Source: Sedimentisphaera cyanobacteriorum (GTDB lineage: Bacteria; Planctomycetota; Phycisphaerae; Sedimentisphaerales; Sedimentisphaeraceae). From it: a stretch of DNA of 32,000 nt. The stretch spans positions 1,020,001-1,052,000 of the forward strand of contig NZ_CP019633.1 in NCBI RefSeq assembly GCF_001997385.1, read 5' to 3'. The notes under the pieces were generated by a model. That model worked only from the letters and a program-made list of their open reading frames with translations. It did no database searches and had not been told where the DNA came from. The position numbers and the translations under genes were made by a program. This document shows, piece by piece, positions 25,739 to 32,000 of the stretch (its first letter is position 1; every line of letters starts with the position of its first letter).

Positions 25739-27646
25739 ATGATGAAAACCCCGAACAAAACATATAAAAGCAAAACAGCCGCCCTGCTGGATGACCCTTA
25801 CCTGCAAAATTACAGGACGTCGATCGAACGAAGAAAAGAGCTGATCGACTACAAAAAGAAAAAGTATGCAGGCAGCGGAAATCTCGCTGATTTTGCTAAT
25901 GGTCATCATTACTACGGCCTTCACAAGACAGCCAGCGGAAACTGGAAATTCAGAGAATGGGCTCCAAATGCCCGAAAGATATTTCTTATAGGTGATTTTT
26001 CCGACTGGAAAGAACTTCCCGAATTTGAACTCAGGCGCATCAGCAAGAGAGGGGACTGGGAAATTGAGCTGGGCGATGAGAAAATCCAGCACGAAATGTT
26101 ATACAAGCTGAAGGTGTATTGGGATGGCGGAGAAGGCGAACGTATTCCTGCATACACAAAAAGAGCTGTGCAGGATTTTAACACAAATATCTTCAGCGCG
26201 CAGGTTTGGGAGCCTGAGAAGCCTTACGTTTTCAAACACAGCAGGCCGGAAGCAGAAGAGCCTCTAATTTACGAAGCCCATACAGGGATGGCAGGCGAGG
26301 CTGAAGAGGTTTCAAGTTTCATTCATTTCGCAGATGATATTATTCCCTATATCGCCGGCTGCGGGTACAACACAATTCAGCTTATGGCAGTAATGGAGCA
26401 TCCGTATTACGGGTCTTTCGGGTATCATGTTTCGAATTATTTTGCCGTGAGCTCGAGATTCGGAACGCCTGAGGATTTCAAATATCTCGTGGACAAAGCC
26501 CACAGCTTCGGGCTCAGGCTGGTTATGGATATTGTACACTCGCACTCAGTTAAAAACGAGCAGGAAGGACTGGCCAGATTCGACGGGACGATATATCAGT
26601 ATTTCCATGAAGGCGAAAAGGGAAACCATTGGCTCTGGGATTCATTCTGCTTTGATTACAGCAAGCCGGAGGTGGTGCATTTTCTCCTTTCAAACTGCAA
26701 ATACTGGCTTGAAGAATACAATATAGACGGCTTCCGCTTCGACGGGATAACCAGTATGCTGTATTCGCACCACGGCCTCGGCAAGGACTTCACAAGCTAT
26801 GACGACTATTTCCAAGGCGATACAGATGAAGATGCTTTCTGCTATCTCGCCCTTGCAAACGAACTGACACATCAGATTAACCCAAAGGCAGTAACGATAG
26901 CTGAAGATGTTAGCGGTATGCCCGGTCTCTGCTGCCCGGCAGCGCAGGGAGGCTGCGGATTTGATTTCCGAATGGCGATGGGCGTAACGGACTGCTGGTT
27001 TAAACTGCTCGATATACCCGATGAGAGCTGGGATATAACCTATCTCACCCGCGAACTGCTCAACAAACGGGCTGAGGAGAAAACAATAAGCTATGTTGAA
27101 AGCCACGATCAGGCTCTTGTGGGCGGGAAGACAGCGATATTCACGCTTATAGACAAAGAGATGTATTTCAATATGCACACAGGTTCTGAGAACCTCATTA
27201 TCGACAGGGGCATCGCCCTGCACAAGATAATGCGCATCGCAACCGTATTCACGGGGGACAGCGGCTATCTGAATTTTATGGGCAACGAATTCGGCCACCC
27301 CGAATGGATTGATTTCCCGCGTGAGGGCAACGGGTGGTCTTACAAGTATGCAAGAAGGCAATGGAGCCTGAAAGATAACCAGAACCTCAGATACCGCCAC
27401 CTCCTGAATTTTGACAATGAGGCTGTAAAGCTCGCAGGCAGAGAACAGATCTACAAATTCGACCCCTGCCTTCTGCATTTCGACAATCAGGACAAGGTGT
27501 TTGCTGTTAAAAGGGGCGAGCTGGTTCTTTTTGTTAATCTGCATCCGGAGAAATCCTATGAGGGATACGGCATTGAATGCCTGCCCGGAAAATACGAGAT
27601 TGCTATCAGCAGCGACAAGAAATTTTCGGGGGCTTCGAAAGGATAG
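25739..27646 (+). CDS. glgB: 1,4-alpha-glucan branching enzyme, eukaryote-type (GH13_8-like), prematurely terminated by a frameshift
   Basis: The 635-aa ORF is collinear with eukaryotic GBE1-type enzymes (DPYLQNY, REWAPNARKIFLIGDFSDW, VMDIVHSH, DGFRFDGITSMLY, TIAEDVSGMP, YVESHDQALVG, MGNEFGHPEWIDFPREGN). It ends ...PGKYEIAISSDKKFSGASKG*, where homologues continue for ~45 more residues. Confidence 0.9.
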   Translation: MMKTPNKTYKSKTAALLDDPYLQNYRTSIERRKELIDYKKKKYAGSGNLADFANGHHYYGLHKTASGNWKFREWAPNARKIFLIGDFSDWKELPEFELRRISKRGDWEIELGDEKIQHEMLYKLKVYWDGGEGERIPAYTKRAVQDFNTNIFSAQVWEPEKPYVFKHSRPEAEEPLIYEAHTGMAGEAEEVSSFIHFADDIIPYIAGCGYNTIQLMAVMEHPYYGSFGYHVSNYFAVSSRFGTPEDFKYLVDKAHSFGLRLVMDIVHSHSVKNEQEGLARFDGTIYQYFHEGEKGNHWLWDSFCFDYSKPEVVHFLLSNCKYWLEEYNIDGFRFDGITSMLYSHHGLGKDFTSYDDYFQGDTDEDAFCYLALANELTHQINPKAVTIAEDVSGMPGLCCPAAQGGCGFDFRMAMGVTDCWFKLLDIPDESWDITYLTRELLNKRAEEKTISYVESHDQALVGGKTAIFTLIDKEMYFNMHTGSENLIIDRGIALHKIMRIATVFTGDSGYLNFMGNEFGHPEWIDFPREGNGWSYKYARRQWSLKDNQNLRYRHLLNFDNEAVKLAGREQIYKFDPCLLHFDNQDKVFAVKRGELVLFVNLHPEKSYEGYGIECLPGKYEIAISSDKKFSGASKG

Positions 27647-27777
27647 ATGATAATATAGACTATTTCACAGAACATTATATTGAAAATGAGACAGTAAAAA
27701 ACCTGCTCAAGGTTTACCTCCCCTCCCGAACAGCAGTTGTATTAAAAAGAAAAGAGGCTCTTGCGAGCCATCCGTAA
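27625..27777 (+). pseudogene. glgB: Out-of-frame C-terminal remainder of the branching enzyme
   Basis: The frame of the track ORF 27577..27777 reads FGGFERIDDNIDYFTEHYIENETVKNLLKVYLPSRTAVVLKRK. This corresponds to the conserved GBE C-terminus (human GBE1: EYGGHQRLDHSTDFFSE...SLLVYIPSRVALIL). It is reached only by a -1 shift near the A3T4 run at 27620-27626. Confidence 0.8.
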
Positions 27778-27795
27778 AAACTACCAGAAAGCATT

Positions 27796-30700
27796 ATGAA
27801 AATTACCCAAACCCCTTCCCCCGGAACAAATATTCTCAAACATGAGGGCGACACTGTTAAATTTATTCTCAAAGTTCCCGATAATCTCAAGGGACAGGCC
27901 TACCTTCGAAGCAATCTTTTCCGAGCTCACCAGCAAAGGGAGCAGATTATTGAGAGCGTGGAGAAGGGTAAAGAGGTTCTCGGGAAAGACTGGCACGATA
28001 TCAAAATGCTGCACAAGGGAAAGGGAGTTTACGAGGCTGAGCTCACACTTACAGAAACAGGCTGCTTTTCTGCGAAAACGCTCTTCATATCTGAAGGCGA
28101 AAAGCCGAAGGTTTACTGGCCTGAAGGCGATAACGCAAACATAAAGATTGAGCCGGCTTTCACTTTCGGCGGGAATACTATATACTCAGTTTTCCCGAGG
28201 CTTTTCGGAATTAACAAATATCAAAAGCAAACCGCTGATGAAGACCAGCTCGAAGATTTAGACAGCCGCGGATATACCGTAATCCCCCCTTCCGGTACAT
28301 TCAGGGATGTTATAAAGGAACTCGAGCATATCATCGCAGAACTCGGCTTCAAGATAATCCAGCTTCTCCCCGTTCACCCTATCCCAACAACCTTCGCCCG
28401 AATGGGCAGGTACGGCAGCCCGTTTGCAGCGAAGGATTTTTTCGATGTTGACCACGGCAGCGCAGAATTCGACAAAAGCGCCTCTCCGATGAAGCAGTTC
28501 GAGGAGCTTGTTGACCAGATACACTTCCGGGAGGGAAAGGTTTTCCTTGACCTCCCGGCCAACCATACCGGCTGGGCATCTCAGATTCAGGAGCATTTTC
28601 CGCAGTGGGTTAAGAAAAACGAAAACAGGGAGTTTGTAAGTCCGGGAGCTTGGGGGGTAGAATGGGCTGATTTATGCGAGCTGGACTACTCCAGCAATGG
28701 GCTATGCAAATATATGGCGGAGGTGTTTCTCTTTTGGTGCAGCAAAGGGGTGGACGGTTTCCGCTGCGATGCCGGATATATGATACCTCTGGATGTATGG
28801 AGGTATATCACAGCTCGAGTCCGGGAGGAGTATCCCCATACAATCTTCCTGCTTGAAGGGCTCGGCGGCCCGCTCGAAACAACAAAAGACCTGCTTACAA
28901 AGGGCAATCTGAACTGGGCGTATTCCGAGCTTTTCCAAAACTACTCGAGGGAGCAGATTGAAGGTTATGCACAATTTTTCCTCGACACCTCTCTGAACCT
29001 CGGAACGCTTGTAAATTTTGCCGAAACGCACGATAACAACCGCCTCGCGGCCTCAGGTAAGAATTTCTCAATTTTGAGAAACCTGCTCTGCGCTATGCTC
29101 TCTGACTGCGGTTCATACGGGATCACCTGCGGTGTGGAATGGCTCGCTGATGAAAAGATTGATGTGCATAATTGCTCCAGCCTCAATTGGGACAGCAGAG
29201 ACAACATCAAAGATACGGTTAAAAATGCTGTAAGGATAATAACGAATCATCCATGTTTTCAGGCTGGAACTGAAAGACGCTTCATTCATACGGGCGAAGA
29301 AAACAGCATAGCAATGCTAAGGCAGGCTCCCGGAGGGAAAGAGCTGCTTATTCTCTCGAATTTAGACAGCGATAATGAAAGCTCAGTACAGTGGAGCTGC
29401 AAAGACTTTGCGGACAGCGAGGATAAATTAGTTAACCTGCTCACAGAAGAGCAGAAGAATTACTTCACTGAAAATCAAACAGCGAAAATCAAACTCAGTG
29501 CAGGTGAAGTTTTGTGTTTGTCTCGAAGCGCAGAATATCAGCAGTTTAATCAGCAGAGAAATACCATCCCTGAACACACAAAACAAATTGCTAAAGCAAG
29601 AGTGATGCAGATATGGCAGAGCCTGAACGAAGAATCAGACTGCTCAAAAATTGATTTCAGCCGCCTTGGTGATCAATTTATCAACAGCCCTGAAGACACA
29701 ATAAATAAACTGCTCGAAGAAAGCGGCCACCCAAACAAAACAGTTCACTGGAAAGCCCCCGAAGATTCACGCAGAAACGTTATCCTTCCAGCAGAGCACC
29801 TGCTTTACGTTACGGCAGAGAGCCCGTTCCTCGCTGAAATCAAAAGCTGCGGGAAGGTTTTCGAGCGCCATTATTCCATCCAATGCGGGGAGAAAAAATA
29901 CATCGCTGCATTCAATCCGATGGAGGAACCCGGGCAAGTGGAAAATTTCGATTTTAATTTGAGGCTCTTCAAAGAAACGCCTATACTGCTCGAGGCAAAG
30001 CTTGTCTGCCCGCCGGCAGAAGCGCCCGTCAAAATCTGCCTCGATAAAGATTACGAAGATATTCGAGACCGCAGCGACTACGCAATTTGCAGCAATGAGA
30101 TTGGCAGTATGGCGCAGGTTCGCAGCCGCTGGGGAGAGATTGCAAGCAAATATGACACCCTTTTTGCGGCTAATTTAAACCCTGACTTTCCTACAGACCG
30201 CATAGCCTCTCTCGTGAGGTGCAGAGTATGGCTGAGATACAGAGACTACAGCACTCCGCTTGAGGCGAGCTGCCAGAAGAGTTTTACAACAGATATGGAA
30301 AACCGAATTCTATGGGAATTTCAGGCACCCGCAGGCATGGGCAAGATGGTGCCGTTCAAAATCATACTCGATTTCAGCCAAACTGCCAACACCGCCGTAT
30401 TGCGATTCAGCAGGCCTGAGGCAGACAATTCTGGCCTGTGTCTAAATGACGGCGAGCAGGTTCGGGTGATAGTGCGTCCGGATGTAGATGCAAGGCTCTG
30501 CCATATGGTTACCAAGGCATACAAAGGGCCGGAGCGGGATTATGAAAAGATGAAAAACCATACCAAGCGAAAGCTAATATTCAGCCATTCACAAAATTAC
30601 AGGCTTACATTGGAATCAGAGAAGGGCAATTTCACGCCGCAGAGCGAGTGGAAATATATGAACAATTTGCCGATTGAGGAGCAAAGAGGCCTTGAGAGCA

Positions 30701-32000
30701 CAACCGATTTGTTCAGCCCGGGCTATTTCAGCTTCAACCTTGCAGGCGGAGAGCATTCAGGGCTATGCATTGCGGTCAATGAAGATAAGCCAAAGGCTTT
30801 CAGCGAAGTTAAAGAACCAGAATCAGGCCTTGAATACAAGATCCAGAGCCTGCTTAAAACTGCCCTGAAACGGTATATCGTTAGAAGGGGCGAATTCAGC
30901 ACGGTTCTTGCAGGCTTCCCTTGGTTTCTGGACTGGGGCAGGGACACACTGATTGCCCTAAGAGGCTTTATCGCGGCAGGCTTTTACGAGCAGTCCCGCA
31001 AGATAATCCTGCAGTTTGCGAAATTCGAAGAAGGCGGAACGCTGCCGAATATGATAAGAGGCGAAGATGTGTCAAACCGCGACACCTCCGATGCACCGCT
31101 CTGGCTTTTTGCTGCTGTAAAGGAATATATATCATATTGCAGCAAGGATATACTGAAAGAGAAAGTGGGCGGGAGGACATTGCTGGAGGTTCTCGAATCG
31201 ATTGCGGAGAATTATCATAGAGGCACTGCTAACGGGATAAAAATGGATGAGCAGTCCGGGCTGATTTTCAGCCCGTCGCACTTTACGTGGATGGACACCA
31301 ACTACCCCGCCTCCACGCCGAGAGAAGGCTATCCTGTGGAAATTCAGGCGCTTTGGGAAGCGGCACTGAGATTCCTGTCGCAAACCGAAACGAAGAATCC
31401 TTCCCGCTGGGCAAAGCTTGGGGAGAAGGTTAGAGAAAACATTTCCGTGTTATACGAAAATAAAAACGGCCTTTCAGACTGCCTGCACTGCACCGCAGGA
31501 ACGCCTGCAAGCGAAGCGAAGGCAGACGACCACTGCCGATGCAATCAGCTTTTTGCGGTAACTCTTGGTGCTTTAACCGACAAAAGGCTCGCTGAGAAAA
31601 TCCTGCAAAACTGCCAGAGACTTTTAGTTCCCGGCGGAATACGTTCTTTAGCTGATGAGCCTGTGGAATATGAGCTGGCGGTTAAAGATGACAGCGGCCG
31701 GCCGCTGAACGATGCAGGCTGCCCCTATAAGGGCATTTACGGGGGCGATGAAGACACAAGCAGAAAGCCTGCATACCATAACGGCACAGCTTGGGGATGG
31801 GTTCTGCCTTCATACTGCGAAGGGCTTGCAATGGTGCACGGAAGCAGCGGAATCAGCACGGCGAAGGCAATTATAAAAGCTGCATCGCAAACTATTCAGA
31901 CAGGGTGCATAGGTCATCTTCCTGAGATACTTGATGGCAATGCCCCCCACCACCAGCGAGGCTGCAAAGCCCAGGCTTGGAGCGTGAGCGAATTTTACCG
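27796..32000 (+). CDS. Large glycogen debranching-type enzyme: GH13 alpha-amylase-family module fused to GDE N-domain + GH133 amylo-alpha-1,6-glucosidase (3' end beyond window)
   Basis: Not in the ORF track because no stop occurs before the window end. I translated the frame from ATG 27796 through the catalytic regions and found no stop, and no other + strand track ORF uses this frame. The four GH13 conserved regions are DLPANH (28549-28566), GFRCDAGY (28756-28779), FLLEGLG (28846-28866) and FAETHDN (29017-29037). The GH133 part reads FPWFLDWGRDTLIALRG, DAPLWLF, FTWMDT, EIQALW, HNGTAWGW and KAQAWSVSEF. Confidence 0.85.
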   Translation, partial: MKITQTPSPGTNILKHEGDTVKFILKVPDNLKGQAYLRSNLFRAHQQREQIIESVEKGKEVLGKDWHDIKMLHKGKGVYEAELTLTETGCFSAKTLFISEGEKPKVYWPEGDNANIKIEPAFTFGGNTIYSVFPRLFGINKYQKQTADEDQLEDLDSRGYTVIPPSGTFRDVIKELEHIIAELGFKIIQLLPVHPIPTTFARMGRYGSPFAAKDFFDVDHGSAEFDKSASPMKQFEELVDQIHFREGKVFLDLPANHTGWASQIQEHFPQWVKKNENREFVSPGAWGVEWADLCELDYSSNGLCKYMAEVFLFWCSKGVDGFRCDAGYMIPLDVWRYITARVREEYPHTIFLLEGLGGPLETTKDLLTKGNLNWAYSELFQNYSREQIEGYAQFFLDTSLNLGTLVNFAETHDNNRLAASGKNFSILRNLLCAMLSDCGSYGITCGVEWLADEKIDVHNCSSLNWDSRDNIKDTVKNAVRIITNHPCFQAGTERRFIHTGEENSIAMLRQAPGGKELLILSNLDSDNESSVQWSCKDFADSEDKLVNLLTEEQKNYFTENQTAKIKLSAGEVLCLSRSAEYQQFNQQRNTIPEHTKQIAKARVMQIWQSLNEESDCSKIDFSRLGDQFINSPEDTINKLLEESGHPNKTVHWKAPEDSRRNVILPAEHLLYVTAESPFLAEIKSCGKVFERHYSIQCGEKKYIAAFNPMEEPGQVENFDFNLRLFKETPILLEAKLVCPPAEAPVKICLDKDYEDIRDRSDYAICSNEIGSMAQVRSRWGEIASKYDTLFAANLNPDFPTDRIASLVRCRVWLRYRDYSTPLEASCQKSFTTDMENRILWEFQAPAGMGKMVPFKIILDFSQTANTAVLRFSRPEADNSGLCLNDGEQVRVIVRPDVDARLCHMVTKAYKGPERDYEKMKNHTKRKLIFSHSQNYRLTLESEKGNFTPQSEWKYMNNLPIEEQRGLESTTDLFSPGYFSFNLAGGEHSGLCIAVNEDKPKAFSEVKEPESGLEYKIQSLLKTALKRYIVRRGEFSTVLAGFPWFLDWGRDTLIALRGFIAAGFYEQSRKIILQFAKFEEGGTLPNMIRGEDVSNRDTSDAPLWLFAAVKEYISYCSKDILKEKVGGRTLLEVLESIAENYHRGTANGIKMDEQSGLIFSPSHFTWMDTNYPASTPREGYPVEIQALWEAALRFLSQTETKNPSRWAKLGEKVRENISVLYENKNGLSDCLHCTAGTPASEAKADDHCRCNQLFAVTLGALTDKRLAEKILQNCQRLLVPGGIRSLADEPVEYELAVKDDSGRPLNDAGCPYKGIYGGDEDTSRKPAYHNGTAWGWVLPSYCEGLAMVHGSSGISTAKAIIKAASQTIQTGCIGHLPEILDGNAPHHQRGCKAQAWSVSEFY

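Noticed and set aside
26690-27544. 284-aa minus-strand ORF inside glgB
   Set aside because: This is a shadow ORF antisense to a strongly homologous coding region. Its composition is low-complexity and unrecognisable, with no RBS or protein-family signal.
27617-27632. Programmed -1 ribosomal frameshift as the explanation for the split glgB
   Set aside because: In the zero frame the codons are AAG AAA TTT TCG, so there is no X XXY YYZ slippery heptamer. After a -1 slip the P-site tRNA would mispair at its first position (TTT re-pairing on ATT, or AAA on GAA). I saw no obvious downstream stimulatory stem. An indel in the A3T4 run, real or a sequencing error, is the simpler explanation.
1-32000. 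Search for CRISPR arrays, tRNA or rRNA genes, prophage or defence-island content, and toxin-antitoxin pairs
   Set aside because: No spaced short-repeat arrays were seen. No intergenic region can hold a tRNA with recognisable arms. Every large ORF has a metabolic, transport or transposase assignment. I see no basis for claiming a defence or other exotic system here.

Overview
The window reads as ordinary chromosomal DNA from a polysaccharide-degrading, probably anaerobic bacterium. The gene content and the dockerin-like protein tails resemble PVC-group or Phycisphaerae-like genomes, but that taxon guess is inference only. There are three blocks. (1) 1-14558 is a pectin/arabinan/fucoside block. 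It holds two tandem PL11 rhamnogalacturonan lyases, an araA plus Na+/sugar symporter operon with a terminator, a divergent XylR-type (sugar-binding plus AraC HTH) regulator, a GH43 arabinanase-LamG protein and a GH95 fucosidase. A complete IS element (12-bp terminal inverted repeats, AGAA target duplication) sits in the GH43/GH95 divergent promoter region. (2) 14613-20126 is a small RseC-like membrane protein followed by a compact rnfCDGEAB operon. A secreted alpha/beta-hydrolase esterase converges on its end. (3) 21166-32000+ is a same-strand glycogen cluster of five genes. They are a stand-alone AMPK-beta-like CBM48 protein, a GT35 phosphorylase, a GT5 synthase, a eukaryote-type (GH13_8-like) branching enzyme broken by a 1-nt frameshift, and an ORF of more than 1400 codons fusing a GH13 module to a GH133 amylo-1,6-glucosidase. 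That last ORF is missing from the supplied ORF track because it runs off the window. I found no CRISPR array, tRNA or rRNA gene, and nothing that looks like a defence or toxin system. The most unusual content is the glycogen cluster.
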